Assembly (NCBI GenBank): GCA_045863335.1
Contig: BTVY01000004.1
Coordinates: 139,354 to 203,353, forward strand
Reading direction: 5' to 3'
From: Candidatus Hydrogenedentota bacterium
GTDB taxonomy: Bacteria > Hydrogenedentota > Hydrogenedentia > Hydrogenedentales > SLHB01
Length of the DNA stretch: 64,000 bases
Each line of letters opens with the position of its first letter. The first letter of the stretch is position 1. Both the position numbers and the translations under genes were made by a program. The notes beneath the pieces were generated by a model that saw only the letters and a list, made by a program, of their open reading frames with translations, did no database searches and was not told the origin of the DNA. This document shows positions 46,933 to 56,100 of this stretch, one piece after another.

Positions 46933-48783
46933 TTGTTTTATCTGAGTGCACAAACCGGAGCGACCAAGGGACGCTCATGGAGGCTTAGTGCGGAGACGGT
47001 CTTGGTGGGCCGCGGCAACGAGTGCCACATTGTTATCGACGATTCGCTCGTGTCGCGCCGGCACTGTGAAATTTATCGGGCGGACGACGGACTTCTCGTG
47101 CGCGACCTTGGCAGCAGCAATGCCACGCTGGTCAACGGACGGCCGGTATCGGAAAGCCCGTTGCGGGAAGGCGACGAACTCGCCGTGGGGCGGACGGTAC
47201 TGTTACTCACGCGGGATGGAGACGATGGCGCGATACCCGGTCAGACGGCGGCGCCGAACGAGTTCACGACCGTACAGTTGGCGGGCGACCAGTCGGCGGT
47301 GCTTGGGGATAAAACCGCCGCGTTAATCGCCATGGCGTATCCGAATTCGGTGGAAGAACTGGCCGCCCTGTACGATATCGGACGTAAATGCAGCCGGGTC
47401 TTAACCGTCCCCGACCTCATGAAGAGTGTCTTTGAGGAGTTGCGCATTTACTTCAATCCATCTTCAGCGTGGATCGCGCGCTTGCGTCCTGGGACGCCCG
47501 AGCTGCGCTTCTATACACCGGCGAGTTGCGCCACGGGAGAAACGGTCAAACCGCCAATTGAAATTGAGCGCAAGACCCAGAAAGCCATGCTGAAGCCGGG
47601 CGGACTACTGGTGCCGATCTTCAACAAAGAGTTGGAAGAGCGGCGGCTCGGAACGCTCCTGGTAGCGCCGATGAGCCTGAGTGAACAGCGCATCGGGGCG
47701 TTGCTGGTCCGGTGCGAGGCGCCCGACGATCACTATGGAGAACGCGAGCTTCAGTTTCTCGTTTCCGTCGCAAATACGGTCGCTCCCTATTTTCGCGCAA
47801 CCGAGCACGTCGAATTGTTGCGGCAGGACAACCAACGGTTGCGGGCGCTGACGCGAAGCGCCAAGACTTTGATGGGCAATAGCCGTGCGATCCGACAGGT
47901 GCGAAACCTGATCTCCAATGCCGCTCCTTCGGACCTGCCGATCCTGATCCAGGGCGAGACGGGGACGGGGAAGGAATTGGCCGCGCTGATGATCCATGAA
48001 GAATCGCAGCGGGCCAACGGCCCCATGGTTACGGTGAACTGTGCCGCCATTCCTGCCCAACTGCTCGAGAGTGAGTTGTTCGGATACGAGAAGGGCGCCT
48101 TTACCGGGGCCATGGACAGCAAGGCTGGCCGGCTTGAGGAGGCGAACGACGGGACGCTGTTCCTGGACGAGATTGGGGACCTGTCGTTGGAGAATCAGGC
48201 GAAGCTCCTTCGCGTCATTGAGACCGGGACCTTCACACGGCTGGGCAGCAACCGTGAAACGCGCGTCAGCATTCGTGTAGTTGCCGCAAGCAACAAGCGG
48301 CTGGATAGCCTCGCCAAGGAAGGGAAGTTCCGTTCGGACCTTTACCATCGGCTCAATGGCCTGGAAGTCCAAATGCCGCCGCTGCGGGACCGCCCCTCGG
48401 ATATTCCGATTCTAGTCGAACACTTTCTCAAGCTGAGTCTTGATCGGGCGAAGCGGCCGATCCTGGGTTTTACGGACGACGCGATCGAATACCTTCGTGC
48501 ACGGCGTTGGCCCGGGAACGTGCGCGAGCTGCGTAATTTCGTGGAGCGGGCGGTGGCCCTGGCGCGGTCGGAACACATCGACATGGCGGTGCTGGAGGCC
48601 TGCGCGGCGTCCGGCGGGCGGGACGTGGACGAGCCGATGGCCAGCCTGGCGGAAGTCGAAAAGCACCATATCGCGAGCGTATTGGAGCAGTGTGGCGGCA
48701 ACATCCGGGAGGCGGCCAAGGTTCTAGGGATTGGCCGCAGCACGCTATATAACAAGATTTCGGAATACGGGATTACCATCTAG
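46933..48783 (+). CDS. FHA-GAF-AAA+ sigma54-dependent activator (Fis-type HTH)
   Basis: FHA VGRG...VSRRH...DLGSSNAT; GETGTGKE, ELFGYEKGAFTGA, WPGNVREL, HTH; TTG start with GGAGG. Confidence 0.92.
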   Translation: MFYLSAQTGATKGRSWRLSAETVLVGRGNECHIVIDDSLVSRRHCEIYRADDGLLVRDLGSSNATLVNGRPVSESPLREGDELAVGRTVLLLTRDGDDGAIPGQTAAPNEFTTVQLAGDQSAVLGDKTAALIAMAYPNSVEELAALYDIGRKCSRVLTVPDLMKSVFEELRIYFNPSSAWIARLRPGTPELRFYTPASCATGETVKPPIEIERKTQKAMLKPGGLLVPIFNKELEERRLGTLLVAPMSLSEQRIGALLVRCEAPDDHYGERELQFLVSVANTVAPYFRATEHVELLRQDNQRLRALTRSAKTLMGNSRAIRQVRNLISNAAPSDLPILIQGETGTGKELAALMIHEESQRANGPMVTVNCAAIPAQLLESELFGYEKGAFTGAMDSKAGRLEEANDGTLFLDEIGDLSLENQAKLLRVIETGTFTRLGSNRETRVSIRVVAASNKRLDSLAKEGKFRSDLYHRLNGLEVQMPPLRDRPSDIPILVEHFLKLSLDRAKRPILGFTDDAIEYLRARRWPGNVRELRNFVERAVALARSEHIDMAVLEACAASGGRDVDEPMASLAEVEKHHIASVLEQCGGNIREAAKVLGIGRSTLYNKISEYGITI

Positions 48784-49019
48784 GCCGTCGGCAAGCGATG
48801 TGAAATTCTCTGATTTCGATTATCTCCACAATTATCTTCAAGACAATTCCGCAATTCCCGTGCTACACTGGCGCTTGCAGAAAGTACGCTAATTGAACGC
48901 GGAGGAGCACTAGCACAGATCGGATTGACGAGACCTCCGGAGATGACCCCTGTGGAGTACGTGCCGAGGATTGGGGACTGGACGGCATGAATGGGTGATC
49001 AGAAGTGAGGTAGCTTGCC

Positions 49020-49514
49020 ATGTTTCAGCGTGATGACGAGGAGTACGTCCCCGAACTGCGTGAGGTTGTTGACGAGTTCGATCTCCTTCTCACCCATCTC
49101 GAATGCCACCCCCAGAAAAAGCCATTTCGGCTCTTTATAACGGATGACGGGGGTTCCCGATTGTTCCAGATCGACTCCGAGCGCGGCGTGCTTGTTTCCA
49201 CGTACCAAAGCGACGGGATTTGCCGGTATGCGGGTATGGACCGCAACGATTACTTTCGGCTCTGCGCGCTCCTGGGGAAAATCCAGTGGACGGTTCTGCA
49301 ACTGAATCCGCTGCTCGTGGAAGAGGATTTCAGCCACGTTTCGCCGTCGCCCTGTGTGTATGCGCCCCGGCCGTTCAAGCAGGACTTCGCCCTGACGCTG
49401 GAGAATCCGCAGTTGTGCCAAGGCTGCATTGATTTTTACCGGTGCCTCGGGGCGGAGACGGAGATTTTGGCTCTCCGAATGTTGTTGGACGAGTTTCGTT
49501 CCAACCATCATTAA
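49020..49514 (+). CDS. Hypothetical protein with an archaemetzincin-like Cys pattern but no HExxH
   Basis: GAGGT RBS; GVLVSTY, H-x5-C-x20-CxxC. Confidence 0.6.
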   Translation: MFQRDDEEYVPELREVVDEFDLLLTHLECHPQKKPFRLFITDDGGSRLFQIDSERGVLVSTYQSDGICRYAGMDRNDYFRLCALLGKIQWTVLQLNPLLVEEDFSHVSPSPCVYAPRPFKQDFALTLENPQLCQGCIDFYRCLGAETEILALRMLLDEFRSNHH

Positions 49515-49650
49515 GATTCCTGGCTGAAACGGTTCCGGGATTGGCCGGTATATCCGTTTGACAGCCCCGGCCACCTCCATGCAGAGTAATGGGCGCTGGG
49601 GTTTTGTCTCTTCTTTCGCCACAATCGGTCATTCTCAATCGGGAAAGGGT

Positions 49651-50013
49651 ATGTCAATGGCTAATGAATTCGACGATCAAGCTCGGACGTGGGGGATGGT
49701 GAGTCATCTGAGCGCGCTGGCGATGTTCACGTGTATTCCGTTCGCCAATATCATTGGGCCGCTCATCGTTTGGCTGACGAAAGGCAAGGAGTCGGCCTTC
49801 GTCAACGATCAGGGTAAGGAGGCCGTGAATTTCCAGATTACCATGACGATCATTTCGCTCGTCATCTTCGTGCTGTCGTACGTGGTGCCGATTATCGGTA
49901 TCTTGGGACTGCTCGTTTTTCTGGTCAATCTGGTGTTCATCATCATCGCCGGATTGCAGGCGAAACAGGGAATCGAGTATCGCTATCCTTTCAACATTCG
50001 ACTTGTTAAGTAA
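49651..50013 (+). CDS. DUF4870 membrane protein
   Basis: RTWGMVSHLS, IIGPLIVW, FVNDQGKEAVNFQIT, YRYPFNIRLVK. Confidence 0.9.
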   Translation: MSMANEFDDQARTWGMVSHLSALAMFTCIPFANIIGPLIVWLTKGKESAFVNDQGKEAVNFQITMTIISLVIFVLSYVVPIIGILGLLVFLVNLVFIIIAGLQAKQGIEYRYPFNIRLVK

Positions 50014-50076
50014 GTCGCGGACCGGCTGTACCGGTATTGTGTGTTATGATGCCTCCCATTCCAATTGGGAGGCATC

Positions 50077-50796
50077 ATGCTTTTGAAGGATAAGGTAGCG
50101 TTCATTACCGGCGGCGGCCGGGGGATTGGGCGGGGGGTCGCGCTGGCCTTCGCTCAGCAGGGTTGCGATGTGGCGGTGGCGGCGCGCACGGAAGAGGAAG
50201 TGCGGGAGACGGCAAAGCTTATCGACGCGGAAGGCTGCAAGGCGCTTGCAATCTGCTGCGATGTTGCCGATCCCCAGTCGGTCGACGCCGCCATCAAGGA
50301 AACCCTGGCCACATTCGGGCAGATCGATATCCTCGTGAACAACGCGGGGTACGCGTACTTCCGGCCGTTCCACGAATTGTCCGCCGAGGAGTGGAAGAGA
50401 ACGCTGGACGTCAACCTCACGGGGCCGTTTCGGTGTATCCAGGCCGTGCTGCCGTCGATGATGGCGCGACGTTCGGGGCGCATCATCAACATTTCGAGTG
50501 TGGCGGGAGTGAAGCCGCTTCTACACCAGAGCGCGTATTGCGCGTCCAAACACGGTCTGAACGGATTGAGCAAAGTGCTGGCCATGGAATTGCGAGAGTA
50601 TGGCATCGGCGTGCATTCCATCTGTCCCGGCGGCGTGGACACGCAACTCGCGCGGGACGCCATGCCCGACCGCGATAAGAGCAACTGGATGACAGCTGAG
50701 GATGTCGCGCATGCGTGCCTGTATCTGGCAACGTTGAGCCCGCGCGCAACGACGGATGAGATCGTGGTGCGGCGGTTTGATAGTGTGCCGAGTTAG
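50077..50796 (+). CDS. SDR-family oxidoreductase
   Basis: TGGGRGIG, NNAG, YCASK, ICPGGVDT. Confidence 0.92.
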   Translation: MLLKDKVAFITGGGRGIGRGVALAFAQQGCDVAVAARTEEEVRETAKLIDAEGCKALAICCDVADPQSVDAAIKETLATFGQIDILVNNAGYAYFRPFHELSAEEWKRTLDVNLTGPFRCIQAVLPSMMARRSGRIINISSVAGVKPLLHQSAYCASKHGLNGLSKVLAMELREYGIGVHSICPGGVDTQLARDAMPDRDKSNWMTAEDVAHACLYLATLSPRATTDEIVVRRFDSVPS

Positions 50797-50838
50797 GAAT
50801 GATGAATTACGAATTACGAATTAAGAATTAAGAATCTA
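50790..50838 (+). repeat. Heptamer tandem repeat (GAATTAN-like x7)
   Basis: gagttag gaatgat gaattac gaattac gaattaa gaattaa gaatcta. Confidence 0.85.
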
Positions 50839-50863
50839 AAGAGCTATCAGGAGTTGAAAGGGC

Positions 50864-53047
50864 TTGAGCGAGGAATCCGGTTCTGGACGACAGACGACGA
50901 TTGGCGAGTCGTCGGAGGCCGCCGCGCTGGATACGGTGGAAGGCACGGTGGAGCGGATCGTCTTTGAAGGAAAGGACAGCGGGTTTCTCGTGGGGCGGCT
51001 TCAGCGACGGCAGCCGCCGGGGTTGATGACGTTCGTGGGGACCGGGCTGGCCGTGTCGCCGGGGGAGACGGTGCGGCTGTGGGGGCGCTGGGTCGACGAC
51101 GCCAAGTTTGGACGGCAGTTGCGGGTGGAACGGTATGAGACGGTGCTGCCCGCGACAGCGGACGCGATCGAGAAATACCTGGGTTCGGGATTGATCAACG
51201 GGATTGGACCTGCATACGCAAAGCGGCTGGTCAAGGCCTTCGGCGTGGAAACGCTGCGCGTTATCGACGAGGAACCAGCGCGGCTACGCAAGGTCGAGGG
51301 CATCGGCGCGAAGCGGGCGGCGCAAATCCGCGAGGCATGGCAAGAGCAAAAGGCGATCCAGTCGATCATGCTGTTCTTGCAAGGGCACGGCATCGCGGCG
51401 TCGCAGGCGGTGCGCATCTACAAGCACTACGGCGATAAGGCGGTGGCCGTGTTGCGGGATAACCCGTACCGGCTGGCCCAGGACATCCCCGGCATCTCAT
51501 TCAAGATTGCGGATGACATCGCGTCGCAAATGGGGATTGAAACGGCGTCCCCGAAGCGGGCCGCCGCGGGCGTGCTTCATACGCTCCGGCGCGCCACGGG
51601 GGACGGACACACCTTCTTGCCGCAGGAACCGCTGATTTCGGGCGCGGCGGAATTGTTGGGCGTCGATTCAGGCATCGTCGAGACGGTATTGCAGGCCATG
51701 TGCGAGACCGATCAGGTCGTGCGCGAAGGAACCGACTACTTCCTCCCCACCTTGCACCAGGCGGAAACCAACTGCGCAAAACTCCTCAAGCGATTGCTGA
51801 GCGCGCCGAAGGAAGACTTTCCGATTCAGGTAGAGAAAGCCATCGCGTGGGTGGAGAAGACGAAGCGCATCGAACTGTCGGAAGAACAGCGGGCGGCGGT
51901 GCGGACCGCGGCGACGGCGAAGGCGATGGTGATCACGGGCGGACCGGGTACGGGAAAGACGACGCTGCTGAACGGGCTGCTGGCAATCTTTGTGCGCAAG
52001 GGAATGCAGGTATTGCTTGCCGCGCCGACGGGCCGCGCGGCGAAGCGCATGGAAAACGCGACGGGACGCGAAGCGAAAACCATCCATCGGCTCCTGGAGT
52101 GGAGTCCAAAATCGGGCGGGTTCACGCGGCACGAAGGGAATCCGCTGGACGCGGATCTCGTGGTCATCGACGAAAGTTCGATGATGGATATCGGACTCAT
52201 GCACAGCCTCCTGCGCGCGCTGCCGCCGCAGGCGCGGCTGTTTCTGGTGGGCGATGTCGATCAGCTTCCGTCCGTGGGGCCGGGCAATGTGTTGATGGAC
52301 ATTATCGCGAGCCAGACGGTGCCGGTGGTGTGGTTGAAGACCGTGTTCCGGCAGGCGGCGGAAAGCGGGATCATTACTAACGCGCACCGGATCAATTCCG
52401 GCGAGTTTCCCCAGTTCAACGATCGGGACTTCTTCTTCGTGGACCGCAAAGAGCCCGAGAAAGCGCTCGCGACCGTGCGGGAACTGGTTACCAAGCGAAT
52501 CCCGGACAAGTTTGGATTGGATCCGTTGCGGGATATCCAGGTGCTGGCGCCGATGCATCGGGGCGATGTGGGCGTGGCGCGGTTGAACGTTGCGTTGCGG
52601 GAATCGTTGAACGCCGGTACGCCGACGATTGGCCAACGGTCATTTGGGTTGCACGACAAGGTCATGCAGACGCGCAACAACTACGAGTTGGACGCCTTTA
52701 ACGGCGACGTGGGAATCGTGACGCAGGTCGACGAGGTATTGCAGGAGGTCATCGTGCATTACGAGGACCGGGACGTATTGTACCCATTCGACGAGTTGGA
52801 CGAACTCACGCCGGCCTATGCGAGCACGGTGCACAAGGCGCAGGGCAGCGAGTATCCGGTGGTGGTGCTGCCTATGAGCACGCAACATTACCTCATGTTG
52901 CAGAGGAACGTGTTTTACACGGCGATCACGCGGGCGAAACAGATGGTGATCATCGTGGGGGATACGCGCGCGGTGGCGCGGGCGGTACACAATGTGCAAG
53001 CGTCGAAGCGGTATTCGCGGTTGGCGGAGCGGTTGGCGAACCGGTAG
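50864..53047 (+). CDS. recD2: ATP-dependent RecD2 (SF1B) DNA helicase
   Basis: YLGSGLINGIG HhH, NPYRLA, GGPGTGKT, APTGRAA, IDESSM, GDVDQLPSVG, TVHKAQGSE, YTAITRA. Confidence 0.93.
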   Translation: MSEESGSGRQTTIGESSEAAALDTVEGTVERIVFEGKDSGFLVGRLQRRQPPGLMTFVGTGLAVSPGETVRLWGRWVDDAKFGRQLRVERYETVLPATADAIEKYLGSGLINGIGPAYAKRLVKAFGVETLRVIDEEPARLRKVEGIGAKRAAQIREAWQEQKAIQSIMLFLQGHGIAASQAVRIYKHYGDKAVAVLRDNPYRLAQDIPGISFKIADDIASQMGIETASPKRAAAGVLHTLRRATGDGHTFLPQEPLISGAAELLGVDSGIVETVLQAMCETDQVVREGTDYFLPTLHQAETNCAKLLKRLLSAPKEDFPIQVEKAIAWVEKTKRIELSEEQRAAVRTAATAKAMVITGGPGTGKTTLLNGLLAIFVRKGMQVLLAAPTGRAAKRMENATGREAKTIHRLLEWSPKSGGFTRHEGNPLDADLVVIDESSMMDIGLMHSLLRALPPQARLFLVGDVDQLPSVGPGNVLMDIIASQTVPVVWLKTVFRQAAESGIITNAHRINSGEFPQFNDRDFFFVDRKEPEKALATVRELVTKRIPDKFGLDPLRDIQVLAPMHRGDVGVARLNVALRESLNAGTPTIGQRSFGLHDKVMQTRNNYELDAFNGDVGIVTQVDEVLQEVIVHYEDRDVLYPFDELDELTPAYASTVHKAQGSEYPVVVLPMSTQHYLMLQRNVFYTAITRAKQMVIIVGDTRAVARAVHNVQASKRYSRLAERLANR

Positions 53048-53058
53048 CGCGCGGTCCC

Positions 53059-53080
53059 GCCCGGCGTGGAAGCCGGGCGC
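53059..53080. terminator. GC-rich hairpin between convergent genes
   Basis: GCCCGGC-GTGGAA-GCCGGGC; no U tract. Confidence 0.35.
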
Positions 53081-53101
53081 TACAGGGCAATTACTGGTCC
53101 G

Positions 53102-56100
53102 TTAGGCCTCGGGCTTGGCGTCGGTGCCGTCGATAAGGACCTCGACTTCCGCGGCACTCATGATCGGTTGGCCGTCGACTTCGCTCTTGCCGAGCAGTTT
53201 CACGTAGCGGGCTGTTTGCGTCGGGAAGAACGCGGTCTTGGGGACAGCGTCGTTGGCCCATGCGCCTGATGCGACCGGCTCGCCCCATTGTTCGCCGTCC
53301 TGGCTGACGTAGACTTCAAACTCCTTCACGCGGCCGTTGGTGCTGTCTTGGCGCGGCACGTAGGTTAGTCCCGCGATCGGCTGCGGCGCGTCCAACGCGA
53401 TGACCAGTTCGTGGGGGTACCCCGGCATAGCCCCGACGAACTCGGTATGCCAGAGGGTTGAACTGTTGCCGTCAACCGCAAGGTCAGGCGGATACTCCGG
53501 CGAATAACTGTCGGTCGACGCCGTCCGCTGCACGGGTTGTTCATCGGCGCGTGCGGTCCGCACGAAGGCGAGGATCGCTTGATAGGCCTCGTTGGCCGTG
53601 TCTTCTTCCCAGCGCGTTCCACCGACGTGCGTCACGCCGGTGGGGCTTTCCTCGCTGGACTGGCCGGTGCCGAAGGGACTGCGCGGTTTGCGCAAGACGA
53701 GACTCTGTTCCGGGTCGGAGGTGTTGAGCACCTTCAGCATGGAACGGTAGTTGGCGACAATCTCGTCGTCGGTCAACGGGCGTCCGTCCTTCGGCGGCTC
53801 GGCGAGACCGAGGATCGTGTGCGTGGCATGGCAATCCGCGCAGGCGTTCTTGTCCGCGCCTTTCTCGTAGAAATATGTGTTGACATGATCGCGGTAGAAG
53901 AGAATGTCGGGCAGGCGGACCGCCGCGATCTCCGCGTCGGCCGTGATGCTTTCAGGATCGAGTCCGGCGACGCGAAGGGCTTCTTTCGCGCGGGCCTGCA
54001 GGTCGGCGTCGCCATCCATGACGGCCTTGACGCGGGCGGCGTAGCGCGGTTCCGAGGTGATGAGATTGCGTTCGACGACGGTGGTGAGCGCCGCTTCGCG
54101 GGTCTTGGGATCGGCGGCGATGAGGAGTTTGAGGACGTACTCGTGGACGTCTTCCTCGCCCCAAACGCGATCGTTCTCGCGCGCGAGGGCGAGTGACCTG
54201 GCACGGATCGCGGGACTGTCGTCCGAGAGGCCCGCGTACAGGATTGACGCCGCGCGTTTGCTGCGGCGGAGGACTTCGAGTTCCGGCAGGATCTCGAAGA
54301 CCTTCTCGCGCACGGCGATGTCGCGATCCGTGGCGGCACGCTCGAGTAAGCGAATGCCGCGGCGGCTGAGTTGCTGCTCCGCGGCATCGAGATTTTCAAC
54401 GGCGGCTTCGCGCGGTCCTACGATGCCTTCGCGCGCGGTAATGGCATTGACAACGCGGATGCGTTCGGAAGCGGGCCGTTCTTCCAATGCCGACCAGGCC
54501 GACGTAAGCACCGCGATGGCCTGGCGATCGTCCAACGCGGCGGTTTCGACCAGGGGAAGCAAACCGGCGCTGGGCTCATCGGCCGTGAGGGTTTCTTCGG
54601 CGAGGGTCTGCACCTTGTCGATGATGGCTTGATTGGCGAGCGCTTCGGGGCTGCGCGCGATGGACGCGAGCACGATGGCGCGGGTTTCGCGATCGGGTTC
54701 GGCGAGCAGTTCAAGGACGCGGGACGCGACGTCGGGTTCCTGGGTTGCGCGCAAGACGAGATCGCGTTGCACAACTTCGCGCGCGGTCGCACGCAGGTCC
54801 GGTTGCTCTGCGAACATGCCGTTGATGAGGGCCAGTTGCAGATCCCGTGACGGCGTGTGGTTCGGCATCTCGAAGAAACTGGCTAACTGGAATCCCCGGC
54901 GCAACTGGGCGGGACGGTCCTCGGCGTAGATGAGCTTGCCCAGGGTTGCATCGAGATACGATTGCTCCGGCGTGAACATGAAACTGAATTCGCGATCGTT
55001 GCCCACGTCGATCATGTTGCGCGGGACGCGGGCGTAGTAGCGGCCTTTGAAAAAGGAGCCGTCAAAACTTTCCAGCAGGGCCTCGCGTTGCAGGTCGTTG
55101 CCTTCGGCGAGGGCCGTCAACACCGGTTCGAGCAGGATGCTTTGCTCGACCGCGATGCGACCGTCGAGCACGCCCTTCCCCACCGCTTCCGGGAGATCGC
55201 GGATGTTACGCTGCATGCTGACGCCGCCGCTCTGATTTTCGTCGAAGAGGATGTACATGTTCTGTGCGAGGTTCGTGCGCAACGCGGGCGTTTCGCCATC
55301 GACGCCCATGCGTGCGATGTAGGTGTCGATGATTCGCGATTTGAACTCGGGGTTGTTGGTGCGATACCACCACTGACGCAGGGTCCGAAGGGCTTGGAGA
55401 CGCGTCAACTCGTCGGGATCGGACGCGAGTTCCACAAAGGTTTCGGCGATGTCGAGGCGCGTATCCATTCCCTGGAACTGGTAGGCGAAGGCGCGCGCCG
55501 CGGAACGCCGCACGAGCGGGTCGGCGCTGTTCAGCGCGATCTGCAGTGCGTCCGCGCCGTACCCCGTGTTACCCAGTTGGCGGAGTCCCCAGGCCGCTTC
55601 ACGCCAGACGAGTTTGGACGGATCGTCAAGCAGACCCATGAGGGGAGCGACGCTCTCGTCTCCACCGATGCGGCCTAACAAGGAGGCAGCGGCGGCACGC
55701 ACTGGTGCCTCAGAACGCTCAAGCAGGGGTAGCGTAGCGGCGACGATCGCATCGATATCTTCGGGCGCGACTTCCCAGATGTTTTCGAGCGCCTCGATTG
55801 CGTCGGCGGCTGAAGCGTCCGCAGACGGGATCGAGGCCGTTTGTCCGTTCACGTTCCCGAGTCCGGACAGCGGCGCGCCTTTGGGGTAGACCGAAGCGAG
55901 CGCCATGAGGGCGTAACGCGATTCGCGCATGGGCGTGCGGAAGTTCTCGTGCGTGTCGGTCTGGAACCAGCCGCCGAAGGCCTTTTGTCGCGAGAGCAGA
56001 AATTGCGCCGCGCTCTCCAGCCTCGGTTCGTCTTGGGGAGTGAGACCCGACTCGATCAGGGAGTAGACGATCTGGCCGGTCGTATATTCGGCGCTGGTTC

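Noticed and set aside
48939-48960. Fluoride riboswitch-like GGAGATGA
   Set aside because: The pairing partner and downstream conserved motif were not found, and the downstream gene is not fluoride-related.
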